Shown in pieces: positions 50,311 through 63,545 of a DNA stretch of 64,000 bases. Each line of letters opens with the position of its first letter. Position 1 is the first letter of the stretch. Origin of the DNA: Polymyxa betae A26-41 (lineage: Eukaryota; Protista; Endomyxa: Phytomyxea); contig RBZT01000198.1 of the NCBI GenBank assembly GCA_003693705.1, positions 1 through 64,000 on the forward strand, written 5' to 3'. The notes below the pieces were generated by a model, which did no database searches, was not told where the DNA came from, and saw only the letters and a list, made by a program, of their open reading frames with translations. The position numbers and the translations under genes were made by a program.

Positions 50311-50618
50311 GTATCAAAAAGCGAGATTAATCATCCAGTTGCCCATATGTCGAATAAATGTGTGATGCTTGGCGTGCTGCGCCATCGCTTCAGAATCGTA
50401 TTGGTCGTGATAATTATAGGAGACTCAGAGCTCGGCCAATGGCTCACATTTAGAATGACAATTCCCAGATACGAATACCAATAGACAAATTTGAAAGTTG
50501 AAACATCATTGGGGGTTGGGTTGAGCAGCCTCCGTGCGCGCTCTGTTTATCATGGAAACCTGTATCATTGGTGCCGCTCACCTCATTACAAGTGCAATCC
50601 TTGATTGGACCCATTGTC

Positions 50619-53600
50619 ATGTCATCGTCCAGATTGCGAAACCAGCCTGGCCACAAAAGGGTTTCCGGCCTGGAAGCATTGATTCAAGCTAAGAAATCAG
50701 GCCAACGTCTGATTGAACAAGTCAAAGTTCGCTTCGCATCCAGTTTTTCTTGAATTGCAATTGATGGGTGTTTATTCAGCTGAATGATGAACTTATCTAC
50801 GAATCGCTGTCTGAGGATGAATTTGAACTGTCATCCAGAAAACGTGGCAACAAAAATACATCTGTTATTATAGATGAATTATACGGGTCAGCTGGTTCGA
50901 GTAGTGCTTGATTGAAATATTCAGTCATTCTCTAGATATGATGATGAGGAGGATGAAAATGAAGATGTCAATCGGAAGCATTCCAAGTCAAAGCGAGCAA
51001 AAATTCAGAAAGTGGGAACAATCTGCTCGTCATATCGGGGTCTCAGAAGATTGTGCTCTAGGCTGAAGCAGAGCGCAAACCGTTGCCTGCTGCATTTATA
51101 AAAAGAAAGCAAGCTGTGAGCGAAAACTCCAAATCTGTCAGCTCAAAGCCAGCAAGGTTGGTCTTTACCCAAGCGTTGGTTCGATTCGTTAAAGCTTTTT
51201 GTATCATTTCTAGGATGAATGACGCGTATGCCGAGGAAGTGCTGGAAAGCCTGATGAATTCCGAAGAACCTGTTACAACGGTAACTGAAGATCACAATGA
51301 CGGAGATCAGGAGGAGTTGGCGTTATTTGGACGAACACAGCAGATAGCAGAACTGCAGCAAGCGAAAGCTGAACCTCCAGATATCGGTAATCTGAACATT
51401 CATTTATGCTGCTGTAGAACAGACCGTTTCTGTACAGATTTGCATTGCTCTATTCCAGAATTTATGGTCAGTTCAAAGGCCAAAGAGCCTGTAGTCGAAC
51501 CTGAAGTTGTAAATGCGCTCGACCAAGAACCAACTGATTACATGGATTCATATCCAGATCTATGTATTGATGATCTCGAACTTGATGGAAAGCCGGACAT
51601 AACGCCTGTTGCTATTGGGGTTGTAAAAAAGGAAGATAAGCCCTCAGCTAACGACTCCAATGCATCAATACCCAGTGATTCCAAACAAGGTTTTCTTGCT
51701 ATTACGTTCACATGTTTGCTTATCCTTTGTAGATTTTCGTTGGCTAAAAGAGAAACAGTCAGGAACTGAAAACCGGAAAATTGAGGTAAAACAAATGGTC
51801 GTAACGTTCGCATATGCTTAGAGTCTGGCAGTTTTCGAATTTGATCGGAGAGGATAATTCTCTGCAGCTTTTTTGGTTGGATGCTTATGAAGACCCAGGA
51901 AATGCCCCAGGTCTGGAAATTGAAAACTGCAAAGCAGTTGAATTTCAATTTTTTTTGTAGGAAAAATATTCCTCTTCGGTAAAGCCAAAGCGAGTAACGA
52001 TTCGAACACGTTAGTGAGCTGCTGTGTCATCGTTGAAAATATTTGCCGAAATGTTTTCGTGATGCCGCGATCAAATATGGTTGAAGGTCAGACATCAATA
52101 TTATGCCAACGTGAAAGTTGGTTCTGAGATTTTTCCACAGATCCTGATGATCCATCCACTGAAACCAGCCAAGAAGTAACAATGACCGACGTGTATGATG
52201 AATTTCTGGAATTGACAAAAAAGCATAATATTCCGTTATGGAAGGCAAAACCAGTCACTCGGAAATATGCATTCGACAATCCAGGTAAATAAGCTGCCAG
52301 ATGTTTGACATTTTGAATCAACCTGTATTACAGATGGCAGGATCGCACTGGAGGCAGATGTTCTTAAGGTTGTCTACGCGGCAGATCTGCCTGCGCTACC
52401 AAGGTTTGTTTTCTGTTTTGCTGTAGCTGAAGTTTCTTGTCACTTAAGCAGAATCAAGGGATACCCGGGGTCGATCTTTCTCCCATCTTTTCGGATCACA
52501 AACCCCATGCTTGGAGAACTTTCTTTTAAAACGAAAGTTAATGGGGCCGCAGTGGCTCCGGATTGAAAATGTCGTTAAAAGCACCAGCCTTCGTTCATGG
52601 TGCAACGTTGAATTCACAACCGAATCTCCCAAGAACGTCAAGAAGATTGAAGGTTAGTGACTTTGACACTGAATCTAACGGTCTGATTACAGTATAGACA
52701 ACACGTCTCCGACCATCTCTGTTCTATCTTTATCAATACTTTGCTCGTTTAATCCTCAGACTCAACAAAACGAAGTCGTTGCTGCCTCCGGGTTACTTCA
52801 TTCTGAAGTTTCAGTTGACGGCGCCACCAGTGATCCTGATGCCTTGTCACATTTTGCAATTATTCGCCCCATCACTGGACAATCGTGGCCATCCGATCTT
52901 CAAAACATGATTGGACGCCATGTAATGCATGCCCATTCATCTGCCTTTGCATTAACGTGGCTTCCAGGGAATCTCTTTGAACGTTTGCCCAAATGAAAGA
53001 GCTTTGCTCTCTTTTCTAGCCACAAAAATCCATCTTTTGGATCCTGATGTTATTGCTGGTCATAATTTGTATAGGTACAGTATCAGTTCTTTTCTGGGAA
53101 GATTTACGCGCTCAATTGAAATTTAAGTGTCACACTTGACATCCTGCTCAATCGCATGGCTGAATTCAATTTTCCTCAATGGTCCAAGGTCTGCCTTCTG
53201 TTTACAGCCGGTGACCTATTTCTTACATTCTGAAGCTGGGAAGACTTCGTCGGAGTGGATATCCTCGTCTGTCTCGCAACGGTTACCAATCGAACTTCTT
53301 CGTTTCTTCCGTCTCAGGCGGCAGATTATTCTGTGATACAGCGCTTTCATCGAAAGAGCTAATCAGGGAAACGTCGTACGATCTTACTCATTTATCCCAA
53401 GTTCTTTTGAATATCAAGTAAATCAAACTTCTTTGACTGCCTTCGATGATACTAATTATGCTTTTGCAGGCGAGAATCAATAGATGTTTCGAAAATGATG
53501 TCAACTTCCGCTGATATTATTAATGTTGTTCGTTATTGCAGTAACGATGCGTATCTTGCCTTATCTGTCATGTTCCGTCTTCAGGTGTGTTGCGATATTA

Positions 53601-56411
53601 TTTCTCATGGCCCTTTGGGTGAGCTTTCTCAGATTTTGCCTTTAACCAAGCAGCTGACCGTTTTGGGTGGCCATACTTGGGCCAAATCGTTGCAATCTGC
53701 TCGTGCACAGCGTGTTGAGTTCCTTTTGTTGCACGAGTTTCATAGGCTGAAGTAAATGCTCACCTGCTTTCTGATTCCATTTCCAATTTGTTGTCGGCTA
53801 GATATATTAAGCCTGAAAAGTATTCATCAAGCGAAAGAAGGAAGATACAGCAGCAATCAGAGAACGGAACCGCTGTATGCAGATTCTCATATCTAGTACC
53901 TATGTGTAATGTTGTGCTTAGGAGTACTCTAAGAAGCGCAAGCCGGCCTATTCTGGAGGTCTCGTTTTAGAGCCAATCAAAGGATTCTATGATAGCTACA
54001 TTCTTCTGCTTGATTTCAATAGTCTATATCCCTCTATCATCCAGGAGTTTAATCTGTGTTTCACAACAGTGAAACACTGGCAGGTTTGCTCGAAACTTTG
54101 ATTCGGTCTTCATATTGAATCTTCATATAGTGGTCTGAAGGATCTGATCTACCGGATGTTCCTTCAGAATCGGAACCATTCGGCGTCCTTCCTCGTGTTA
54201 TCAAAACTCTTGTCGCTCGGCGCCAGGGTGTCAAGGGACTCTTAAAAACTGAGCAAAATCCGGTCATTCGTCAAGAATATGACATTAGGCAACAGGTTCT
54301 TTGCAAAACTGGCTGAGTTAAACGTCATCTGAGCTCTCAACAGGCCCTTAAGCTTGTTGCGAACTCGATGTATGGATGTCTTGGATTTCCTGGCTCGAGA
54401 TTTTATTGCAAATCATTGGCTGCTCTTATCACATTTCAGGGTCGATCTATCCTTAAGAAAACCGTTGACACTATAGAGTCACTGAACTACAAAGTTATCT
54501 GTATGGCAAACCATCGGGATAAATATGTGAAATGCTGAATTTTGCTTTAGATGGTGATACCGATTCCGTATGCATTGCTACCAATTCCACCGATTTGGAA
54601 ATGTGACTGTATTTTGTTTCACTTTGCGGCAGGTTCTCATTATGCTTAGGGTCAAGAAGATTGGCAGTGAAATCAAGCGAGAGATCAACAAACTGTATAA
54701 AACGCTTGAAATTGAGATTGATGGCATTTTTAAGTCTCTGTTACTTTTGCAAAAGAAGAAATATGCTGCACTCGTTGTTTCTGAAAGGGATGGGAAAATT
54801 TTCGAGAAAAAAGAGGTTAATTATCTCCTCAAGGCAATTATTTCATTGCTGATACGTTGATTTAGATCAAAGGTCTGGAAATGGTACGTCGAGATTGGTG
54901 CCCTCTCTCTAAGCGGATTGGAGAACAAATAATCGATATAATATTAAGCACGGCATCTCGTGATGATGTCGTTGATTCTATACATTCGCTTTTGTCAGAA
55001 GTTGCCCAAAAAACTCGCAATTCTCAAATTGAATTGAATGACTTCATCATCACCAAGGTTCGCACTACCATAAGGCTTGCGCCAGCGTTTTTGAACTTTT
55101 GTCGCAGGGACTTTCAAAGCATCCATCTGAGTATTCAGAAGCGGCGTCGTTGCCGCATGTTGCCGTTGCCCTGCAAATGATAGAAAATGGGGAAATCGTT
55201 AGGGTTGGGGATCACATCCCTTACGTAATCTGTCAGATAAATGAAAAGGTTCTTAAAACATTCGTATTTGCCACTCATTTTACAGGTCCTGATTATGATA
55301 TAGAGCTCACTCTTCCACAAGGCACGTCATCCTTCCACTTTACAAAACAATCCAGATCTTATTTTAGACTATGAGTGGTATCTTTCTCAGCAAGTATGCA
55401 GTTGCACGTTGATCAGTAATTCTCTCGTTCATGTGTTTTTTTGATTTTAGCTTCTTCCACCAGTTTTAAGACTTTGTGCTCATATTGAAGGCACTGATGC
55501 CAACCGCCTTGCGGATTGCCTTGGTTTAGTTGGTTCTCGATACTATAACCATGCACATTCCAATGTACAAGATGACCGTCAACAAGTCAGACCAATTGTT
55601 TCATCAATGAAGTCAAATGATTGTCTTGTAGGAATCGTTCCAAACTGTGCTACAGCTGCGACAGTTTGATGATGAAGAGGCTTTTAAGACGGTCCGAAAG
55701 CTCCAGATGAAATGTCCATATTGCAAATCCGAGTTCGAGTTTAAAGGGGTTTTTGACATGAACAGGTATCCAGCTTGCTGATAATTTATCTCTTATCTGA
55801 GTGTCGTCGTCCAGGTTTTGCTCTGGATTGAAATGCCCATCGACTGAATGTTCCAAATCTCTTGATGATCCTTCTTCAACCGTTTTTATCAGCAAAGAGG
55901 TAGAATTCAATCCAAGAGGATACTTTTACCCATTGCAATATCAGGTTGCCTCATACTTCTGGAGAGAGACCTCTACTTTCAATGAATTGTGGGACATCTG
56001 CGAAGATAAATCTTGTAATCAGCGCTGTCACAACGTTGCTTCATGCAATATTTGTACAGCTCCTGTACATCGTATTTACAAGGTTTTTCGTTATTGTTTC
56101 TTGCTAAAACCATTCTGAACGCACTGTAGGACTCTGACTTATACCTCGCGATCCGTTACTTGATTTCACTCTTTGATATCAACCGAGCATACCGCCGTAT
56201 GGCTCAAGAGAACATCAAAAGATCACGCCAGTCTTTGCCACCAATTGACCTGAATGTCACTGCTCCTGAGAGATCAGTTCTGGAATCCCTGAAAACAAAT
56301 TTAGAATTGTTGTTACTGAATGATTCCGAGTTCTGCCTTCTGGATGCTAAGGATGTCTTCGGTATGTTTCTTAAAGATCAGCCCAGGACCTCTGCTGATA
56401 TTGCAGTATAA
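50619..56411 (+). CDS. POLA1: DNA polymerase alpha catalytic subunit, multi-exon
   Basis: [68 protein letters not shown]-terminal Zn fingers. Confidence 0.95.
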
Positions 56412-56435
56412 ATAACTGGAGAATTGTACGAGACT

Positions 56436-59141
56436 CTATGCCCTGTTTATTCTTTGATGATTTCTATTGTGCTGAACTAATTTTTGACACCAGGAGGGCA
56501 ACGTTTTGGATTGTTGTTTCTTCGAAATGGTTTCTATTTTTGTCTGAAACTAATTTCATTAACGCACTGCAATGACAAAGAAACTTTTACATTCAAGTCT
56601 TGTTTTGATTCTGGCAGAGGGTCAACTTTCCGTTTAAGGAATCCACGAACATCCGTCTCCAGCTTGATTTTGCTTTCCGTTAAACAATCATTTTCCTGGA
56701 AAACAGGTCATTCATCCCAATGAATGTTACGACGTGCATGTATACTTTTTGCAAATCGGATACTTGCTGATAAAGCTGTTCGATTATCGTTTGTGAACGT
56801 CTGATCTGCTGCTCGTGCTCTTTGATAGATTCGATAAAAAATGTATACGGTTGCTCAATATTTTTAATGTCATTTCTGATCGATAGAGATCATCATCTTT
56901 ACTACAATGTCAATTACAAATACCTGTATTCGGAGATTTCTCTCTCCTTTTCCTTCAGCAGTCTTGTTCTATTGTCCAGTTCCTCTTTTAATTCCTGCAA
57001 CTCTTTTTGTTTCTGCAACAGGCGTTGTGCCAGAGCTACGCTGTGTTTTACGCGACGGCTGGGCATCGAAGGAACAGACGAAAGGACGTTACTTTCGTCC
57101 TATGAACCGGCATTGAGCAATTTGATTCAAATACAAAGCACAAACCTTGTTGTGTGGATATGCAGGATCGGTACATGTTATAACAGCATCCAAATCTTTT
57201 TCAAGCTGTTCATACGTATGTAGCTTTTCTTTAAGGTTTTCATTTATCGTTGTAAGTTCAGCTTCAACCCGGGATGAATCCGCTCTAAAATGCGCTGATT
57301 TATGAACATGAACTGATCAGATTCCAGAACGATACCTGAGCTGATAATACTGCTTCTTGTAGATGTCATTTTCTTCTACTGCTCGTTCAAGCGACTGGGA
57401 GACTTTTCGATACTGAGCGCTTGACTGCTCATATGCAATCGAGAGACGCTCAAACTCAAACGATTTCACCTTGATCTGAGCCCTTGATTCCTGATTTGGG
57501 ATGATTATACTTGTGGGTGAGTTTCAGAACTTAACGTACCTGAATCTGTCTTTCAAGCATTGTCTGACATGTCCCAGATTCGTTTCTGAGCTTTTCATAT
57601 AAACTTCTCAACTCTTCATATTTATGCTGTAAAAAGATGTTGAGATCATTGATTAGGCGCATAACCGCAAGCATTTGACATACCATTGCTCTTTCTTTTT
57701 CGGATATAAGAATATCTCTATACTCCTTTAATCCTAAAATTTCTCTTTCATAAGCTTCTTTTTGTTGCACCCGAATTTGGATGAGTTCTTTTCCGTTACT
57801 TTCTTGCAATCGAGCGAGCTCTGCATTCAGTTTATCTTCATATTGCGTTTTCCAGTCTATTCTATAAAGGACTGTCAAAACTCACGATAACGTGTAACTA
57901 CGTAAGACCGTTTAACCTGAGTTTCTCAATCCGCTCATATGACTCGTCCCGTTGCTGCTTCAGCTGGTTTACTCTGTCTTTTAAACTGTTCGATTCGGAC
58001 TCGTTTCCGGCGATTCTCTCCCTAAGGTTATCATTTTCTTTCTCAAAATATGCTTTATCTAATCGAAGCAATTCGTTTTCCTAATAGTCAAATGAACTAG
58101 GATGGGTCAAGAATGTCTCACTGAAAAACCTGGTCTTTTTCAAGCAAGTCTGCAACAGCTTTGTCTCTTTCTTTCACAACAATCTCGTATTTGGACAGTA
58201 TTAGAGACAATTCCTCTTTCACGCGTTCGCATTCGTTTCCGAGGAGCATCGATTTACCTAAAAATTGGAATTAAAGCCTTACGAGGCTTTAGTACGACTA
58301 ACTTTCTAATTCGCCGATGTGCTTGGCTTTGAGTTGAACATCATCCAAAACTGAAGATACATAAGCATATTCCTGAGTATTCGCTTGAAAAAAATCGGAA
58401 AATGGAGCAATTCGTATTACTTCAGAGAGGTTTTTGTTACGACTCTGTAAATTTTCTATTTCTGTTATAAATTCTTCATGTTGCACATCAATCGCCTTTT
58501 TTAATTTCGAATTCTCTTCAGATATCTAGATGAACATCAAAAACTCGAACTAGCCTCGAAATGAATAACCAGACCTGCTTGATAATATCCTTCTGCTCAA
58601 TCCCTTCACTCTTATAGTTTGCTATTTCCATCAACAAACGCGAGATTTTCGAGTCTGACTGCTCGAATTGCTTGTAAACATTTATCACAACCATGTGACG
58701 AAGAGATCGCAGATGTTCTGGTACAGAAACGGCATCAAAGTATGCCTGCTCTGTAATGGCTAAATTATGCAGATGTTCTTTGAGCTCGTGAAGGGCATTG
58801 TTTTCACTGGAACGGTAGCTTTCCAATGTAGCAATCCGGGTTTCTAGTTCTCTAATCCGAGTCTTGGCTGCGACTTTGTTTTGCCTTATTATTTCTACAA
58901 GTGAAAACAGTTAAAGTCGAGCATAACATTCTTAATGGGATCTACGTTGAAGGAAAGCTAGCTGCCTCTGATGTTTGACCCTCTCTGAATGTAAGAGACG
59001 CCTCAGATTCTGATCTGATTCCGACTGATCTGACGCCTGGTCGTCTTCGTTAGAAGTATTGGACGGAGTCGTTTGTAATAGCCGCTGATCATCTGGTTCG
59101 ACATGATATTGATTAATGAGATGTTGAAGGTCAGATGACAT
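56436..59141 (-). CDS. PIBF1: Centriolar coiled-coil protein PIBF1/CEP90, multi-exon
   Basis: KTQYEDKLNAELARL...EAYEREILGLKEYRD, RRVKHSVALAQRLL, C-terminal PSWCQKL. Confidence 0.8.
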
Positions 59142-59668
59142 GGAGTGAGACTATGATTTATGTGACGTAAAACAGGATCAGCCTGAGCCATGATAAGCCT
59201 CACCTTGGGGCCCAATAGGTCAGTCTTTCCATCGTTAAATGATTCTATTATGAACTGGGGCACCCTAACACCCCATATTCCCCCTGCGGAATCCATGTCA
59301 TGTGGTAGGCATCAGTTATCTAAAAGAATGCTTGATCGAACGGTAAGACTCATGAACTCGGTTTGCAGATATATGCCATTTCGTCCTTCACTATGATTTA
59401 GGAACAAGAGATATGTACTTCAAAGTAATCAAATGTTATTAGATTATAAAGTTAATTGGTATGTAAAAATTTCGGTAATGCAGTTAAAGGTTTACATTTA
59501 AAAAGCAATGAAATTTTCAAAAGATTTGCAAGAAAGATTTTGAAAAATAAGATGGCTGATATTCAACCGAACCGCATCGTAAGAGCGAAGTTGGACAGCA
59601 AGGTTAATATCGAAGCTTGAGCAAGAATGGCGCAGGCCCGGACGAATTTCATAACGCCTGGCCTTTAA

Positions 59669-60219
59669 GGGCTCGGTTTTTGGTCTAAAACCGGTTTTCA
59701 CGCAAAAACGACACGTTTGGCTACCAAAGATCTGGTTTTTCATCTTGGAAACCGGTTTTACGAAAAATATTTTTGTATTTTTTTTGTTATTACCGTAGCT
59801 ACCGCCGATGTCTATGAAAACTGAGGCAGGCAAGATCTATCGCGCTGTCTGGGACACTGACCGGGGCGCCCATCTAGGGGGGATTTCTCCAACAGCAGCA
59901 GGAATACTTGTCCGCTCATCCGAAGTTTTTCGAAGATTTCTAACAATATTACCCTTTTGCAATTCAAGCACCCACTGCCGTCCTTGCAGTGATGAAGTTC
60001 GGCAAGGATCCTTGCAGCAGTAGGTTTCAGCATACCACTCGCCAACCATACACGCCACAAGACTTTTTCGTTTTTCAAAAATTTCATATTCGTCGTCACC
60101 CGAAGAGCTCATGGTTGCGTTTGGTGCGGCAAACCGGGTTAGAACGGAACCGGTTTTGATAGCGGGCAAAACCATTAGGAAAAACCGGTTTTTTATTTGC
60201 GTGGCTTCCAAACGAGCCC
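59669..60219. mobile_element. Non-autonomous (internally deleted) PIF/Harbinger DNA transposon, 551 bp
   Basis: TAA target-site duplication (59666-59668, 60220-60222); TIRs GGGCTCGGTTTTTGG / CCAAACGAGCCC; subterminal AAACCGGTTTT-type palindromes; transposase N-terminus KDPCRTSSLQGRQWVLELQKG on the minus strand. Confidence 0.85.
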
Positions 60220-60514
60220 TAAGCGTAACAAGCCAGGATCAGGATGTTCTGCGAAAGAGAGTTTGTGAGTCGTCGCCTGCTGTCGTGCTCTGATCACTCT
60301 AGTCAGAATATCCCTGATGCGCAGCAGTCCATCTACTTCTTTGGGGAGCTGTCGAACTTCTCTCCACATGTTTCATACAATTACAGATTCATAAACTACA
60401 TGAAAATCCCAAACGATTACGGTAATATTATGATATTGGAAATCTTGCTGGAAAACAAAATCGAAAAATTTGTATCATGCTTGGTTTCACGAGGAAAGAC
60501 TTTTCAATTGCGAT

Positions 60515-61027
60515 TCAGAACCACCTGCTTTTTAACCCTAACATATACAGTACGATTGACGCAGCCGTCTTTAGATGGTACGAGCTCAAAACGACGGCGA
60601 AACAGGGTTTCAGCGACTCAATCATCGGGCCGGCGACAATGGCGGTGAAGTGAGTGTGGTACCGTACCGTAGTCCGATAGAGCACACCATCTGGGGATGC
60701 ACCAACGGCAGCGGCAGCGCGTTTCACGATCTGTTCCCATAAGGTGGGAGGACGGATTACAATGGCATAGTCGCCCGCTTCCACTGCTACGTACCCATAC
60801 ATGGCGCTGATCCTGCCGTTCCTGAAACGGGTTGGGACCCTGAGCGTTCCCCTCGCGTAATCAGGGTGGAAGATCTCGTCCTTCCAGAGCTTCCACGAGG
60901 GCATTATCACCATGCGGAGATTACCTTCGACAAAGCAGGAGCAGCACTTGCGCCTGAAGATACCTTCCTTGCTCATAATCAGCCTGTTCAGCGCCTCGTG
61001 GTAGGTGTGGACGCTTCTGAGCGTGTT
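60515..61027 (-). pseudogene. Fragment of a divergent RNA polymerase beta'/Rpb1-like (DPBB) gene, truncated before NADFDGD
   Basis: LNRLIMSKEGIFRR...V...RMVIMP...LWKDEIFHP...TLRVP...GDYAIVIRPPTL matches the KEGRFR...RVDFS-RTVI-P...DEV-VP...TL-VP...GD-V-FNRQPTLH pattern. In-frame TAG at 61028-61030. Confidence 0.6.
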
Positions 61028-61335
61028 CTAGCCCAGGAAGGGGCTGTGTGCACTCGAAGAACTTTTCTCTAGCTTATTGGAAGCGTCGAGGCCGTTTCGC
61101 CCGGGATTCTTGGTGGTTATCGGATTCAGTTGTGGCAGATGGCCTTCGTCGACGGTGGTGCGATTTTTGTGGGTTAATTGGCCGACCAATGTGGCGGCTT
61201 CTGCCAATGGTGTCAGGGTCATTTCTAGGACGAGTTCTTTCCACCAATTGGTCTGCGAGTGGAGGAGATTCTACACGTTCGTTGCCAATTGCTTGCCAAT
61301 TGAACATAGGCACTGACTCCATAAACGCTGCAATG

Positions 61336-61860
61336 TGTCATGTTATTGTACAGTACAAGTCAGCGCAACCATATTTGTTCACGTCTGGCCGATATTGTGT
61401 AACTTTACTGGTCGGAGGCCAATATGGGGCTGTATAGATCAGGTTAGTTCATGACCAGTATCCCCTTTGATAGCGGTCCCGGCTTGTGTGAATACTGTCG
61501 GTGAAATTGTTCGATGTGTTGGAGTAGCCATAATTGGCAGGGATCCAGAATCTAGATGCTTTTAGCGGGTTCTCACGTGTGTTCTTTTCCTGTGTACCTA
61601 GTCAAGCCAGTGCACGAGGTATTGTAGTTTCCGCGGTACATTCTCGAATCAACGATGTGGCTCTCTTCAAAATCACGAAGCGGACTTGTGTGCCGTTGGG
61701 ATCGTATTGGGCGCATAGGTTGCTAGAAGGGATAGGGATACGTGGAATACAGAGTGATGCACGAATCTGCTGGTATCTCCAGTTCGTAACTCCCCGGGTT
61801 GATAATGCGTTTCACAAAGAAGGGGCCTAATCCTGGCATTTGTCAGGCCTTGTCGTGGTA
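61336..61860 (-). mobile_element. Degraded 3' end of a Ty3/gypsy chromovirus: integrase GPF module, chromodomain, PPT, short 3' LTR (61336-61457)
   Basis: LGPFFVKRIINPGSYELEIP..HSVFHVS; FEESHIVDSRMYRG..YLVHW with stops/frameshifts; AAAGGGGATAC polypurine tract then TGGTCATG...CATGACA termini. Confidence 0.75.
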
Positions 61861-62381
61861 TGTCCTAAAGATAAAAGACTGAGATCTCGTAACTCTACTA
61901 GGAGGCGAAACGACGAAGTGAAAACGATTAGAGTTATGATCTTATATTACCAACGAGACAGTCAGCAAGAGACGTCGTTGCAGCAAAAGAGACGCCCAGA
62001 ACGGACACTGTGAGAATGGACCTTCGAATCAGGATTTTGGCGTAAATTTTTTGCGCGTTAGGGTTTGGGTCAATCAGAAAATCAGCCCAAAATTTTCGCG
62101 CACAAAAAATCTACTGTACGAGTGTACGTTATCGACTTCTTCGTTGCTTTGATTTTCCAAGTCGGTCTGTTCTCGAGGGCCAAAGAGGGAATATTTTATA
62201 TATTTCGTCGCGTTTTGGTAGCAAAAACTGCGAACTCTGTAAATATCATTCATCTTTATTTTCCCGGGATATCTGTCCTGTATTTTATTGAGGGCCGCGT
62301 CTTGTATCAATACCCGCTACCTTTCTCAGCACATTCTATCTTAAAGCCTTTGGATACCTCGGTCGACGGTCGTCTCTAATC

Positions 62382-63463
62382 ATGACGTCTCAGCTGAGCA
62401 AACATCCCATGGGGACGTCGCTTCGGAAGGTTGACATCTCCGAAATTGACAATGCAGTGCATGCGTTCGCTTCTACACTTGGCGATAATTTCGACGTTCG
62501 TCAGGGCCCTAATTACGAAAAGTTAGGCATCTTCGGCATGTCACTGCTCTGTATATAATGACATTTGTTTAGAACAGGGAAGAAGTCTAAATCTGACAAA
62601 AACATTGCTGAAATTATCGGTGTCGATCTTTTCAAATCTAACCGGAAAATAACACATGTTATGGAGCATGTTGCTATTCCGGAAGAACTTAGCACACCTC
62701 TAACATCGACATCTGATTTTGTATATATTCCTCAGGTTGATTGCAATCGGATTTCATTATGCTCATTTTTGAACACTGGATGTCGTAGCTGTTTGTCGTA
62801 AACTTCATGCTGCCATCGTATAACCCCGGAAATCCTCTTTGGGGATCTTCTGCTAGCGATGGCGAGAGCTACAGCGTCGTAATCTATATCAAGATTGGTC
62901 CTGAAGCGGTTGAAGCCATTAAACAAGATGCATTCTCTGCCGCTACGTTACTGAAGGTGTCCTTCGTCGATTTTTCCGGACTGTGCTGGACTAAAATAAT
63001 TGTCAGAATTTTTTTCAAATGGACACGAAATCGCAAGAAGATTACGCTCTACGAGGTCGACTAAAGGCTATTCCAATCTTGAGAAACCCGGATAATGTGA
63101 ACCTGGGTATTGCTATCAAGCAGATGGTGAAAACATATGATGCCAAGCCATTCTTAACGGGCCCAAAATATCATTCGTTTATCAAAAATGATCTGTATCT
63201 TGAATGCGACGTCGATATTCATAACTATGTTTATCCAGCTCGTAAAACCCTTTACAGGTGAGATTCTTGCACTTTATTTCATAGAGGTTAATCGAGTACT
63301 GTATAGCCTGCTACCTGAAATCCCCAGCATGATTATCGACTTTGGCCTCCTTGTCGAAGCTCAGGGCGAGGAAATGCCTGAGCGAATGCTCGCCAGTATG
63401 AGATTATCTCACGTAGACCCAGCATTGGCAACTGTTATTGATCTACCCGCTGTTTCAAAGTAA
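62382..63463 (+). CDS. EDR2 C-terminal (DUF1336) domain protein, multi-exon
   Basis: FDVRQGPNY, GVDLFKS, VNFMLP, RLKAIP, YLECDVDIH, IDFGLLVEA...EMPERML. Confidence 0.85.
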
Positions 63464-63545
63464 ACGCTCAAATTTCATGTAATCGAAGGCTCTGCTCGGT
63501 CAGTTAGACACCAGTATTGAATTGATGAGAAAATCCTGTGAAATA

